Notes: generated by a model from the sequence alone, not told the origin. Counted from the first letter of the stretch, positions 28,117 to 38,306 are shown. The stretch is 64,000 nt of DNA from Chloroflexota bacterium (GCA_030447745.1 JAUJOH010000006.1:68217-132216), one strand, 5' to 3'. A program made the numbers and translations.

Positions 28117-29112
28117 GTGACGCGTGCGCTGGTGCTCGGTGGCGGCGGACTGACCGGGATCGCGTGGGAGATCGGCGTGCTGACCGGGCTGCGTGACGCC
28201 GGCCTCGACGTTCACGCGTGGGACCTCGTGGTTGGCACGTCGGCGGGCTCCGTCGTCGGGGCAAAGCTGCTCGGGCACCACGACCTCGACGGGCTGTTCG
28301 CCGCCCAGGCGCTCGACGCGACACCGGACGACGACGTGCCGATCCGGACGATGGGCGGCCGAGCGGCGGCGAGCTTCCTGCGCACCGGGCGCCGACCGGG
28401 GCTCGGCTGGCTGCCCCGGCTCTGGGTGGCCGCCTTCGCGCTCGAGACCTTCGTGCGCCGGCGCGCCGGTCGCGGCCGGATCCGCCGGCCGAACGCGCCG
28501 CCTCTCCGCGGCCTCCGGCAGATCGTCGGGCCGGACCCCATGCTCGCCCGGATCGGAACCTATGGTCTCGCTGCCCGCACGGCGTCCGAGGCGACGTTCC
28601 GCGAGCTGGTCCGCGCGACGCTTGCGCCGGTGACGACGTGGCCGGAGGCGCTCGTCGTGACCGCGATCGACGTGGTAACCGGGGAGACGGTCCTCATCGA
28701 CGCCCGCTCCGGCGTGCCGTTCGTCGACGGCGTCGCGGCCAGCTGCTCCGTCCCCGGGTTGATGCCGGCGGTCACGCTCGGCGGGCGCCGCTACATGGAT
28801 GGCGGGATGGCGTCGCAGACCCACGCCGACGTCGCTCGTGACGACGACGACGTGCTCGTGATCGCGCCACTCGACCTGGGGAGCCTGACGGGTGAGATCG
28901 AGCGGCTGCGCGCCGCCGGCAGCCGCGTGACGACCGTCACGCCGAGCCCCGAGGCTGCGCGCGTCATCGGCCGCAACATCGCTCTGCTCGATCCCGCGCG
29001 CCGGGCGCGCTCCGCCCTGGCCGGGCGAGACGATGGCCGGCAGGCTGCGGCGACGGTCGCGGCGACGGTGCCGCCACCCGCGGCCCGGCGGCTGGCCGGA
29101 TCGGCGGGCTGA
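28117..29112 (+). CDS. patatin-like phospholipase
   Basis: GGGGLTG (oxyanion hole), the GTSAG nucleophile motif and MDGG (catalytic Asp) are all present. Confidence 0.85.
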   Translation: MTRALVLGGGGLTGIAWEIGVLTGLRDAGLDVHAWDLVVGTSAGSVVGAKLLGHHDLDGLFAAQALDATPDDDVPIRTMGGRAAASFLRTGRRPGLGWLPRLWVAAFALETFVRRRAGRGRIRRPNAPPLRGLRQIVGPDPMLARIGTYGLAARTASEATFRELVRATLAPVTTWPEALVVTAIDVVTGETVLIDARSGVPFVDGVAASCSVPGLMPAVTLGGRRYMDGGMASQTHADVARDDDDVLVIAPLDLGSLTGEIERLRAAGSRVTTVTPSPEAARVIGRNIALLDPARRARSALAGRDDGRQAAATVAATVPPPAARRLAGSAG

Positions 29113-29234
29113 GCGGCCGGCGGCGGCTCGGTCGACGCGTCGAAGGACATCACCGAACGCCCGGAGACCGGCACGCTTGCACTGACTGGAAACGGCCACC
29201 GCCAGGTCGAACCCGCTGGATTTTGGCGGTCCGC

Positions 29235-29263
29235 TTGTCGGAATCCGTTGTCATGCGTACGAT
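29235..29263 (+). promoter_or_regulatory. sigma-70-type promoter upstream of erpA (TTGTCG-17 nt-TACGAT)
   Basis: The hexamers and spacer were read directly. The promoter is about 75 nt upstream of ATG 29338. Confidence 0.4.
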
Positions 29264-29337
29264 GTGGGTGCCCGGTGGCCACATCGCGCCGCCGGCAACG
29301 ACCTTGCACTTCCTGCCTCCGAGGAGGAGAGCCGCAC

Positions 29338-29718
29338 ATGATCGAGTCCCAGCCGACGGTCCTCAGCCTCACGGATGCCGCGGCCACGAAGCTGCACGAG
29401 CTGACGAAGGAAGAGACCAACCCGGACGTCGGCCTGCGGGTCTATGTCTACAGCGGCGGCTGCTCCGGCTATCGCTACGGAATGATGCTCGAGGACGCCC
29501 CCACCCCGGACGACCAGATCCTCCAGACCAACGGCGTCAAGGTCTACGTCGACGGCAACAGTGTCTCCTTGCTGCAGGGGTCGCAGATCGATTACGTCGA
29601 CACGCTGATGGGGGCCGGCTTCACGGTCAACAACCCGAACGCGGTGTCCGGCTGCGGCTGCGGCTCGAGCTTCCGAACGGCCGACGACGCGGGCACTGCC
29701 CGCTCCTGCGCCCACTGA
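29338..29718 (+). CDS. erpA: iron-sulfur cluster insertion protein (HesB/IscA/ErpA family)
   Basis: GGCSGYRYGM and a C-terminal SGCGCGSSF are present. ATG follows GAGGAGGAG. Confidence 0.85.
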   Translation: MIESQPTVLSLTDAAATKLHELTKEETNPDVGLRVYVYSGGCSGYRYGMMLEDAPTPDDQILQTNGVKVYVDGNSVSLLQGSQIDYVDTLMGAGFTVNNPNAVSGCGCGSSFRTADDAGTARSCAH

Positions 29719-29910
29719 AATCCTCGGGCTGATGGCTCGCAGGAGCGTCGCCTCAGCCCTCGGAGCGCGCGCGGCGAACCGTCGCTGAGCTCATCGACTC
29801 CGTTCGAAGCCGCTGGTCGCCCGGCGGCTTTCTGATTCCCCGCCGCAACGCGCGGGGACCAAGCCGCGCCCGCGTCACCGCTTCCTGACGCCCCTAGACT
29901 GCGCCCACCG

Positions 29911-30735
29911 ATGCAGATCCCGCTCTTCCCGCTCCACACCGTCCTCTGCCCAGGAATCGCCCTGCCGCTCCACATCTTCGAGCCGCGCTACCGGCTGATG
30001 GTCGAGCGCTGCGTCGAGCGCGAGGCTCCGTTCGGGATCGTGCTGATCCGGGAGGGCCGGGAGGTCGGCGGCGACGAGGTGGCGATCGCGGGTGTCGGGA
30101 CGTTCGCCGAGATCCGGCAGGCAGGTCGATACCCGGATGGGCGCTACGACCTGCTGGTCGTCGGCACCGGCCGGTTCGCCATCCAGGACGTCGAGGCGGC
30201 CCTCGAGCCGTGGCTCGTCGCGAACGTCCTGCCGCTTGACGACGAGGTGGGCAGGCAGGAGCGGGCCATGCGGCTCGCATCCCGGACGATGCGCCGGTTC
30301 GTCGGCTACCTCCAGCTCCTGCAGCCGATGGACGGCGAGACCGCGGACGACATCGACGTCAGGATCGAGGTCGAGACGGAGCCCGAGGGGGAGGACGCAG
30401 AGGATGTCGGCCGTCCAGGCGGCCGCGGCGGCTCCATCGGGTCGCCGGGCGCGGGTGATCTCGAGGCATCGACCGAGGAAGAGGCCCGCGCCGCGAGCCT
30501 CGACGAGACCGCGCGGCGGCTGGTGATCCCGGACGACCCCACCACGCTCTCGTACCTGCTGAGCGGGATCATCCAGGTCGACAGCCTGCAGCGGCAGGTC
30601 CTGCTCGAGGCGGACACGACCGAGGAGCGCCTGGCGGCCCTCGATGCCGTGCTGGACCGCGAGCTCTGGCTGCTGCGTCGACGGCTTCGTCAGTACAGCC
30701 CCGATGTCACCCACACCGCCGTGCGGCGCAACTGA
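29911..30735 (+). CDS. LON N-terminal (substrate-binding) domain protein
   Basis: MQIPLFPLHTVLCPGIALPLHIFEPRYRLMV is the classic LON-N/PUA-like start, and the protein has an acidic central linker. Confidence 0.8.
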   Translation: MQIPLFPLHTVLCPGIALPLHIFEPRYRLMVERCVEREAPFGIVLIREGREVGGDEVAIAGVGTFAEIRQAGRYPDGRYDLLVVGTGRFAIQDVEAALEPWLVANVLPLDDEVGRQERAMRLASRTMRRFVGYLQLLQPMDGETADDIDVRIEVETEPEGEDAEDVGRPGGRGGSIGSPGAGDLEASTEEEARAASLDETARRLVIPDDPTTLSYLLSGIIQVDSLQRQVLLEADTTEERLAALDAVLDRELWLLRRRLRQYSPDVTHTAVRRN

Positions 30736-30811
30736 CGCGAGGCGGGTGGGACGACGGTATGCCAGCAATCGGCGGCACGGCCGGACGCGCCGCGCGGAGG
30801 TGACGACGACG

Positions 30812-31732
30812 ATGCGACGCGTCCTGCTCTGGATGGCCGGCAACCCGTGGCTCCGTGAGCGGGTCCCGCGGCTCTGGTTCGCGCGGCGCGCGGTCCGCCG
30901 GTTCATGCCCGGCGAGGACCTGTCCGCGGCGCTCGACGCCGCCGAGCGGTTCCGCCGGCACGGGATCACCACCCTGCTCACGCATCTCGGCGAGAACCTG
31001 ACGCGGATCGACGAGGCGGACGGGGTCGCCGACCATTACCTGGGGCTGTTCGACGAGATCGGCCGGCGCGGGCTCGATGCCGAGGTGTCCGTGAAGCTGA
31101 CACAGCTCGGGCTGGATCTCGACCCTGATCGGACGTACACCCACGCGCGCCGACTCGCCGAGCGCGCCGCTCGGCTCGGCAGCGTCCTCTGGATCGACAT
31201 GGAGGGCAGCGCGTACACCGAGCGGACCGTGGCGTTCTACGAACGACTCAAGGCGGATTGCCCGAACGTCGGGATCGCCCTCCAGGCGTACCTCCGGCGC
31301 ACCGCGGGTGACATCGAGCGCCTGCTGCGGCTCGATCCGGACATCCGGCTCGTCAAGGGCGCGTACGCCGAGCCGGCCGCGATCGCCTGGCAGCGCAAGG
31401 CCGACGTCGACCGGAGCTTCGTGGAGCTCGCGATGAAGCTGGTCCAGAGTCGCCGCGCCGGTCGTGCCGTTCGGATCGGCCTCGGCACCCACGACGTCCG
31501 GCTCATCGAGCAGATCGCGGCGCGCGCAGCGGCCGTCGGCGTCGAGCGCGGGCACCTCGAGGTCCAGATGCTGTACGGGATCCGGGAGGACCAGCAACGG
31601 CGGCTTGCCCGCCTCGGGTATCCGGTCCGCGACCTGATCGCCTACGGCGAGCACTGGTACCCCTGGTACATGCGCCGGCTCGCCGAGCGCCCGGCCAACG
31701 TGCTGTTCGTGCTGCGCCAGATGCTGCCCTGA
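30812..31732 (+). CDS. proline dehydrogenase (monofunctional PutA-like)
   Basis: Matching segments are VSVKLTQLGL, IDMEGS, IALQAYL, RLVKGAY and LYGIRED...YGEHWYPWYMRRLAERPAN. Confidence 0.85.
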   Translation: MRRVLLWMAGNPWLRERVPRLWFARRAVRRFMPGEDLSAALDAAERFRRHGITTLLTHLGENLTRIDEADGVADHYLGLFDEIGRRGLDAEVSVKLTQLGLDLDPDRTYTHARRLAERAARLGSVLWIDMEGSAYTERTVAFYERLKADCPNVGIALQAYLRRTAGDIERLLRLDPDIRLVKGAYAEPAAIAWQRKADVDRSFVELAMKLVQSRRAGRAVRIGLGTHDVRLIEQIAARAAAVGVERGHLEVQMLYGIREDQQRRLARLGYPVRDLIAYGEHWYPWYMRRLAERPANVLFVLRQMLP

Positions 31733-31807
31733 GGGAGGCGCCGGCGACGCGCCCGCGCCTCCACCGAGCCAGACACGACGTGCCTCATTGCGGCGCTGCG
31801 GCGCCGC

Positions 31808-32416
31808 TCAGCCTTCGCTGAAGCGCTCTTCCTTCCAGGGATCGGCGTCGTTGTTGTAGCCGTAGCGCTCCCAGAAGCCGAGCCGGTCCTGGGCGAGGAA
31901 CTCGAGGCCCCGGACCCACTTCGAGCTCTTCCAGAAGTACTTCTTCGGGACGAGCAGCCGAAGCGGCCAGCCGTGCTCCAGCTCGAGTGGCTCGCCACCG
32001 AACGTGTCGGCCAGCAGCACGTCGTCGTCGTCGAGCACCTCGAGCGGCAGATTCGCGGTGTAGCCCTGCTCGGCATGCGAAACGGCGAAGCGCGCACTCG
32101 GGCGCACCCCGGCGAGCCCGAGGATCTCCTGGATCGGCACCCCCTCCCAGTCCGTGTCGAGCTTCGTCCAGCGAGTGACGCAGTGGATGTCCGTGTGAAC
32201 GGTCTTGCGCGGAAGGGCCTTGAACTGGTCCCACGTGAGGGTGAACGGGCTGTCGACCTCGCCCCACACCCTGAAGTCCCACGTCGCGAGGGCCGTGCGC
32301 GGGACGGAGCCGTAGTGGAGCACCGGAAACTTCTGGGTCCGGTACTGGCCGGGCGGGATGCGCTCGGCGACGGCCGGGTCCTTCTCCTTCCGGCCGAACA
32401 GGCCTTCGAACATCAT
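31808..32416 (-). CDS. molybdopterin-dependent oxidoreductase, sulfite-oxidase-like catalytic domain (short form)
   Basis: Matching segments are HCVTRWTKLDTDWEGVP, GWPLRLLVPKKYFWKSSKWVRGLEF and FWERYGY. The start is the MMFEG doublet at 32416. Confidence 0.8.
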   Translation of the reverse strand: MMFEGLFGRKEKDPAVAERIPPGQYRTQKFPVLHYGSVPRTALATWDFRVWGEVDSPFTLTWDQFKALPRKTVHTDIHCVTRWTKLDTDWEGVPIQEILGLAGVRPSARFAVSHAEQGYTANLPLEVLDDDDVLLADTFGGEPLELEHGWPLRLLVPKKYFWKSSKWVRGLEFLAQDRLGFWERYGYNNDADPWKEERFSEG

Positions 32417-32527
32417 CACCCTCTGCTGGCTCGGGGCTCCGTATCGTCGCACGACCGGAGGGCGGCGTCGCCTGGCCGGCCCTCGTGCCGTCACCTCGGA
32501 CCACGCCGACTGCTGCTTACGGCGCCG

Positions 32528-33394
32528 ATGGTGGTTCGTGCACCGACCCCCGCCGGCCGATCGTCCGGCAAGTACACTCCGCCCGTGCCGCCCGACACGA
32601 CCGCGACCGCTCCCGCCCAGGCCGCGACCGCGTCGGCCGAGGCGGGCAACCGGCTCGTGGTGGTCATGCCGGCCTACAACGCGGCCCTGACCCTCGAGCG
32701 CACGTACGCGGACATTCCGCACGACCTGGTCGACCACCTGATCCTGGTCGACGACGTCTCCCGGGACGAGACGGTCGCGATCGCCCGACGCCTCGGGCTG
32801 CAGGTCATCGTCCACCGCCAGAACAAGGGCTACGGTGGCAACCAGAAGACGTGCTACGACGCGGCGCTCGCGGAAGGCGGCGACGTGGTCGTGATGCTCC
32901 ACCCCGACTACCAGTACGACGCCACGCGCATCCCGGCGCTGATCGCGCCGATCCTCGAGGGCCGCCGCGACCTGATGCTCGGCAGTCGGTTCCTCGGTGA
33001 TCCGATGGCCGGTGGCATGCCGAAGTGGAAGTTCCTCGCCAACCGGTTCCTGACGACGGTCGAGAACCTCGCCTTCGGGCTCCACCTGTCCGAGTACCAC
33101 ACCGGGCTGCGCGCGTACAGCCGCGAGCTGCTCGAGACGATCCCGTACCAGCTCAACAGCGATGACTTCGTGTTCGACCAGGAGCTCATCGCCCAGGTCG
33201 TCGCGGCCGGGATGCGCAACCGCATCGGCGAGATCGCCGTGCCGACCCGGTACTTCGAGGAGGCAAGCTCCGTCGGCTTCAGGCGCAGCGTGGTCTACGG
33301 CGTGTCGACGCTGCGGGTCGTGGGGCGGTACCTGCTCCACCGGCTCGGCGTCCGTCGCTCGCGCCAGCTCCAGACCCGGCGCCGCCGGCGCTGA
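32528..33394 (+). CDS. family 2 glycosyltransferase (DPM1/polyprenol-phosphate sugar synthase-like)
   Basis: VVMPAYNAA, LVDDVSRDET and the DxD-like HPDYQYD are present. The start choice (32528) is uncertain. Confidence 0.8.
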   Translation: MVVRAPTPAGRSSGKYTPPVPPDTTATAPAQAATASAEAGNRLVVVMPAYNAALTLERTYADIPHDLVDHLILVDDVSRDETVAIARRLGLQVIVHRQNKGYGGNQKTCYDAALAEGGDVVVMLHPDYQYDATRIPALIAPILEGRRDLMLGSRFLGDPMAGGMPKWKFLANRFLTTVENLAFGLHLSEYHTGLRAYSRELLETIPYQLNSDDFVFDQELIAQVVAAGMRNRIGEIAVPTRYFEEASSVGFRRSVVYGVSTLRVVGRYLLHRLGVRRSRQLQTRRRRR

Positions 33395-33402
33395 CCCCGA
33401 GC

Positions 33403-34395
33403 GTGGGCTGGCTCGGTCGTCGCTCGCTGATCCGGGCCGTCGTCGGGGTCGTCGTCTCGGTCGTCGCGATCGCCCTCGTCGTCCGCTCGGTCGACGTGGC
33501 CGCCACGGGACGGGTTCTGGCCACGGCGTCACCCGGCTGGCTGCTCGGCGCCGCGGCTCTGCTCGTCCTCGACGTGCTCATCCGCGCGGTGCGCTGGCAG
33601 CGTTTGCTGGTACCCGTCGCGCGGGTGGGCGTCGGTCCGGTCGCCGGCTACCTGCTCATCGGCTACCTCGCCAACAACGTGCTGCCGGCGCGGGTCGGCG
33701 AGCTCGTGCGGTGCCACTACCTGGGCGACCGTGAGGGCGTCAGCCGAACGACCGCGCTCGGGACCGTCGTCGTGGAGCGCATTGTCGACATCGCGGTCGT
33801 CGTCGCCATCGCGTCCGTGGCGATCCTCGTCCTGAGCGTCCGCGGGGTGGTCGCCAGTGCGGTGCTCGTCGGGTTCGCGCTCGTCACGCTGATGGTCGTG
33901 GCGCTGGGCGTCGGGATCGTCGCCCACCGCATCCCGGGCGCCGAGCGCATCCGAGCCGCCGCCGAGCGCTGGCCGCGCGTCGGCGAGATCGCCGCGAAGC
34001 TGCGCCACGGGTTGGCGGTCGCGGGCCGGCCGCGCGTCCTCTTCGAGGCGCTCGCGCTGAGCGTCGCCGCGTGGGTGGCGACCCTGCTCGCCTTCGCGGC
34101 CGCCGGCCAGGCCGTCGGCGTGGAGCTGTCGATCGGGCAGGCGTCGCTGCTGGCGTCGGGCGTCGCGCTCGCGGCGGCCATCCTGGCCGGTCCGGCCTCG
34201 CTCGGGACCTTCGAGGCGGCGGCGGTCGGGATCGGGCTGGCGGTCGGCACCGCGGCCGAGCCGGCGCTGGCGATCGGGATCATGGTCCACGCGTTGATCC
34301 TCGTCATCACCTCGACCGGTGGCTTCGTCGCGCTGGCTCGCCTGGGCCTCGTGGCGCCCTCGGCCGAGCCCTCGCGAGGCCGGATCGTCGACTGA
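33403..34395 (+). CDS. flippase-like/LPG-synthase-TM (UPF0104) membrane protein
   Basis: Multi-TM protein with RAVRWQRLL and YLANNVLPARVGELVR motifs typical of this family. Members are usually partnered with GT2 genes. Confidence 0.7.
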   Translation: MGWLGRRSLIRAVVGVVVSVVAIALVVRSVDVAATGRVLATASPGWLLGAAALLVLDVLIRAVRWQRLLVPVARVGVGPVAGYLLIGYLANNVLPARVGELVRCHYLGDREGVSRTTALGTVVVERIVDIAVVVAIASVAILVLSVRGVVASAVLVGFALVTLMVVALGVGIVAHRIPGAERIRAAAERWPRVGEIAAKLRHGLAVAGRPRVLFEALALSVAAWVATLLAFAAAGQAVGVELSIGQASLLASGVALAAAILAGPASLGTFEAAAVGIGLAVGTAAEPALAIGIMVHALILVITSTGGFVALARLGLVAPSAEPSRGRIVD

Positions 34396-34466
34396 CGGGC
34401 GCGCCGCGAGTCCCGGGCCCGCGGGGCGTCGCGGGCCGGGCCCGCAGCGGAGCGACCGGGAAACAG

Positions 34467-34494
34467 GAGAGCCCGCCGTCGCCGGCGGGCTCTC
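34467..34494. terminator. strong hairpin between convergent genes (bidirectional terminator candidate)
   Basis: GAGAGCCCGCC-gtcgcc-GGCGGGCTCTC, with an 11-bp perfect stem. Confidence 0.55.
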
Positions 34495-34516
34495 GAGGTG
34501 CGTGGAGCCGTGCCGC

Positions 34517-35557
34517 TCAGGGCGCCGGCTTCGCCAGGTCGCTGAGCTTCGACAGGCCGTACTGGTCGGCGGTCTCGCGGGTCACGACGAACCCGTTCTG
34601 ATCGGTCGCCTCGGCCGGCTCGAGCGCCGTGAGGTCACTCTCCGCCAGCCGTTCGCGCAGGATGCTGGCGGTGTCGGCGGCGTCCGCGGTCGCCTCGCCC
34701 GCGCCCTCGTTGACGAACTCCAGAGCCGTCGCGGCGTACTCGGCGAGGACGTCGATCTCGCCCTCCTGGAGGGCCGGGAAGACGACCTCCCGGTTGCCCA
34801 GCTGGAACTTGCGCTCGACCGTGGCTCCGTTCGCCTCGAGCATCTGGGCGAAGATCTCGCCGAGGATCTCCTGCTCGTAGAAGTTGGTCGAGCCGACGGT
34901 GATCTCGCCCTCGATCCCGGCGCTCGCCGCGTCGAAGTTCTGGGCCTCGATCCACTCCGTCGCCACCTCGGCGACGTCGCGGGCGTCGACCGTGACCGCG
35001 GTGTTGAGCTTCGTCAGCTCGTCCTGGGTGAGCCGCTCCATGACGGCGTTGAGCACGTCCGCCACGCCGGGGTTGGCGTCGAGGATCTCCTGGCGCACGA
35101 CGGGGATGATGTTGTCCGCCAGCTGGAGTCCCTTGTCGTCCTCGAGGAGGACGAAGTCGTTGGTCTCGATGGCCGGGTCGGACGTGAACAGCAGCCCGAC
35201 CTGGGCGTCGCCGCCCTTCAGGGCCTCGACCGTGATCGGGCCGCCCGCGTCGGTCGGCCGGAACTCCTTGAACTGGAGCCCGTAGGTGTCCTGGAGCCCG
35301 AGCAGGCAGAACGGCCGCTCCGGGCATTCCGGGGGTCCGGCCAGGACCAGCGTGCTCGCGATTGTGGGGCCGCCGGCCGTGCCGGAGCCGCTGGGCTCCG
35401 CGCCCGCGGAGCCAGATGGTTCGGAGCTCGGCGGGGTGCTGGGTGAGGTGCTCGCGCCCGTCGTCGGACCGGACGTGCTGCCCCCTCCCGACGTGCAGGC
35501 GCTGAGGGCCAGCGCCAGCGACGTCGCCCCGAGGGCAACGGTGCGGAACAGCCGCAT
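34517..35557 (-). CDS. glycine betaine/choline-type ABC transporter substrate-binding lipoprotein (OpuAC/OpuBC-like)
   Basis: Lipobox LALSAC and an S/T/P-rich linker are present, followed by an OpuAC-type fold sequence. ATG 35557 follows GGGAGGAGAA. Confidence 0.8.
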   Translation of the reverse strand: MRLFRTVALGATSLALALSACTSGGGSTSGPTTGASTSPSTPPSSEPSGSAGAEPSGSGTAGGPTIASTLVLAGPPECPERPFCLLGLQDTYGLQFKEFRPTDAGGPITVEALKGGDAQVGLLFTSDPAIETNDFVLLEDDKGLQLADNIIPVVRQEILDANPGVADVLNAVMERLTQDELTKLNTAVTVDARDVAEVATEWIEAQNFDAASAGIEGEITVGSTNFYEQEILGEIFAQMLEANGATVERKFQLGNREVVFPALQEGEIDVLAEYAATALEFVNEGAGEATADAADTASILRERLAESDLTALEPAEATDQNGFVVTRETADQYGLSKLSDLAKPAP

Positions 35558-35692
35558 GGGTTCTCCTCCCGTGCTGTGACTCGCCAGACCGGCGCCGGGG
35601 TACCGCACGCCGTGACGGGCGGCGACTGTACCAATGGTTGACGCCCGTCCATGTCAGGATACGGGCGAGGTCGGCGAATGGATCGCCGTCGT

Positions 35693-36406
35693 TCAGCGCA
35701 GCCCAGACTGCAGCGGCGGCGGCGCGAGGTCGGCGGTGCTCGGGCGTCGCTGGTCGCCCGGCAGGAGTGTCCGGCGCTCGGCAAACGTGAAGGCGCGCTC
35801 GACGACGAGCGCGAGCAGCGCGACGAGGATCGCGCCGGCGATCAGGCGGTCCTCCCGACGGAGCCCGAAGCCGTCGGCGATGTAGCGGCCCAGCCCGCCA
35901 CCCGCCACGAGCGCCGCGAGGGTCGCCGTCGCGACGACGGCCACCGCGGCGAGCCGGAGACCCGCCACCACGACGGGCGCGGCGGCCGGCAGTTCCACGC
36001 GGAGCAGGAGCTGGAGCTCCGTCATGCCCATCCCGCGTCCGGCCTCGACCAGGTCGCGGTCGACGCCCCGCAGGCCGGTGTAGGCGTTGACGAGGATCGG
36101 CGGGATGGCGAGCAGGACCAGGGCCGGGAACGCCGCGGCGTCGCCCAGCCCGAAGAACGGCAGGAAGACGAGCAGCAGCGCGTACGACGGGACGGCGCGG
36201 CCGAGGTTGGCGACGGCCACTGCGAGCAGGCCGCCACGGCCGCTGTGGCCGATCGCCAGGCCGGCCGGCAGCGCGATGAGCGTGGCGACGAGCATCGACG
36301 CGCCGGACAGCCGGAGGTGCTCGAGGAGACGGTTCGGGACGCCGTTCGTGCCGGTCCAGTTGGCCGGGTCCGTGAACCACGCGACGACCTCGCCGATGAG
36401 CTCCAT
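35693..36406 (-). CDS. ABC transporter permease (Opu/ProW-type)
   Basis: 237-aa multi-TM protein with an EAA-like loop LVEAGRGMGMTELQLLLRVELP. Confidence 0.85.
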   Translation of the reverse strand: MELIGEVVAWFTDPANWTGTNGVPNRLLEHLRLSGASMLVATLIALPAGLAIGHSGRGGLLAVAVANLGRAVPSYALLLVFLPFFGLGDAAAFPALVLLAIPPILVNAYTGLRGVDRDLVEAGRGMGMTELQLLLRVELPAAAPVVVAGLRLAAVAVVATATLAALVAGGGLGRYIADGFGLRREDRLIAGAILVALLALVVERAFTFAERRTLLPGDQRRPSTADLAPPPLQSGLR

Positions 36407-36408
36407 GG

Positions 36409-37047
36409 TCAGCCGCCCCTGGTCCGGGCCCACGGCGTGACGAGCCGCCCGAGACCGGCGAGCAGCAGGTCGACCACGATCGCGAGCACCACGATGAGCA
36501 CGGCGCCCGTGTAGACCGCCGTGTCGTTGCGGAAGCTGAAGCCGCGGACCATGACGTTTCCGAGGCCGCCCTGCCCGATGACCGTGGCGACCATCACCAG
36601 CCCGATCGTGGTGACGGTCGCGATCCGCAGGCCGGCGACGATGAGCGGCAGCGCGAGCGGGAGCTCCACGCTGACGAAGCGACGCGTCCGGCCATACCCC
36701 ATGCCGTCGGCTGCCTCGCGGACGTCCGCCGGGACCCCGTTGAGCCCGGCGACGATGTTGCGGATCAGGATGAGCAGCGTGTAGCTGACGAGCCCGATCT
36801 GGGCGCTCAGGAACGTCAGTCCCGTGAACGGCACGAGAAAGGCGAACAGGGCCAGGCTCGGGATCGTGTAGAGCACGCCCGCGATGCCGGTGATCGGCCC
36901 GCCGAGACCCCGCCGCCGATGGATCAGCACGGACAGGAGAAAGCTCAGCGCGAACCCGATCGCAACCGCGACCGCGGTCAGCGCGACGTGGTCGAGCGTC
37001 GCTTCCGCGAGCTGCCCGGTGTTCCGCGCGACCCACTCCCAGCGCAT
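36409..37047 (-). CDS. ABC transporter permease (Opu/ProW-type)
   Basis: 212-aa multi-TM protein with the loop VREAADGMGYGRTRRFVSVELP. Confidence 0.85.
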   Translation of the reverse strand: MRWEWVARNTGQLAEATLDHVALTAVAVAIGFALSFLLSVLIHRRRGLGGPITGIAGVLYTIPSLALFAFLVPFTGLTFLSAQIGLVSYTLLILIRNIVAGLNGVPADVREAADGMGYGRTRRFVSVELPLALPLIVAGLRIATVTTIGLVMVATVIGQGGLGNVMVRGFSFRNDTAVYTGAVLIVVLAIVVDLLLAGLGRLVTPWARTRGG

Positions 37048-38306
37048 CAGGCCTCCACGGGCTCGGGTGGTGCGAGCGTGTCGACCGGGCCATCTGGTCC
37101 CTCGCCGGTCGGCGCTGCGTCGTCTTCCTGCGCATCCGGCTCGAGCGGTCCGAACCGGTTCTCACCGGCCGTGTCGCGCATCCGATCCGCGATCATGTCC
37201 ACGGTCACCAGACCGACGACCGCGCCCGCGCGATCGACCACGATCCCGGCCTGGACGTCCGCGTCGAGGAGCATCGACAGGGCGTCCTTGAGCGTCGTCC
37301 GGCGGTTCAGCAGCGGTGACATCGGGACGGCCAGCGCCTCGGTGAGCGTCCCGGTCGCCGGGATGTCGGCGTCGCGGATCCACCCGATCGGGCGGCTGCG
37401 GTCGTCGACGAGCAGCAGGTAGGGGAACGGATCCGCGAGCGCGCGCTGCCGGGCGAGCGCGCAGTCCTCGCCTGGGCGGGCCGTGATCAGCGGCTGGAGC
37501 GGGAGATCGCGGACCCGGCTCAGCGACAGGCGCTTGAGCCCGCGGTCGGCGCCGACGAACCGGGCCACGAACTCCGAGGCAGGGCTGGCGAGGATCTCCG
37601 CCGGCGTCCCGAACTGGGCGAGCGTGCCGCCCACCTGCATGACGGCGACGAGGTCGCCCATCTTGATCGCCTCGTCGATGTCGTGGGTCACGAACAGGAT
37701 CGTCTTGGCCAGCTCCTCCTGGAGTCGCAGGAACTCGTTCTGGAGGCGCTCGCGGACGATCGGGTCGACCGCGCCGAATGGCTCGTCCATCAGCATGATC
37801 GGCGGGTCCGCCGCCAGCGCCCTCGCCACGCCGACCCGCTGGCGCTCGCCGCCGGAGAGCTGGCTCGGGTAGCGATCGCGGTACCGGGCTGGCTCGAGCC
37901 CGACCGTCGCGAGGAGCTCCTCTGCGCGCTCGCGCTGGCGCGCCTTCGGCCAGCCGAGCAGGCGCGGGACGGTGGCGACGTTCTGGCCGATCGTCTGGTG
38001 CGGGAAGAGGCCGACCTGCTGGATCACGTAGCCGATGCCGCGCCGGAGCTCCGTGACCTCCCGGGTCGACGCGTCCACGCCGTCGATCACGATCTGGCCG
38101 GAAGTCGGCTCGATCAGCCGGTTGACCATCTTCAGGCTCGTCGTCTTGCCGCAGCCGGACGGACCGACGAGGACGCAGATCCTGCCCGCCGGGACCTCGA
38201 TCGACAGGTCGTTGACGGCGGCCGGGTTTCCCTTCGCCCGCTCGTCGTAGCGCTTCGTCACGTGGCGGAACTCGACCGTCGCGGCGCGCGACGGAGCGTT
38301 GGACAT
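37047..38306 (-). CDS. ABC transporter ATP-binding protein with tandem C-terminal CBS domains (OpuCA/ProV-like)
   Basis: Walker A GPSGCGKT, signature LSGGERQR and Walker B IMLMDEP are present, followed by a CBS-pair-like C-terminus. Confidence 0.9.
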   Translation of the reverse strand: MSNAPSRAATVEFRHVTKRYDERAKGNPAAVNDLSIEVPAGRICVLVGPSGCGKTTSLKMVNRLIEPTSGQIVIDGVDASTREVTELRRGIGYVIQQVGLFPHQTIGQNVATVPRLLGWPKARQRERAEELLATVGLEPARYRDRYPSQLSGGERQRVGVARALAADPPIMLMDEPFGAVDPIVRERLQNEFLRLQEELAKTILFVTHDIDEAIKMGDLVAVMQVGGTLAQFGTPAEILASPASEFVARFVGADRGLKRLSLSRVRDLPLQPLITARPGEDCALARQRALADPFPYLLLVDDRSRPIGWIRDADIPATGTLTEALAVPMSPLLNRRTTLKDALSMLLDADVQAGIVVDRAGAVVGLVTVDMIADRMRDTAGENRFGPLEPDAQEDDAAPTGEGPDGPVDTLAPPEPVEA

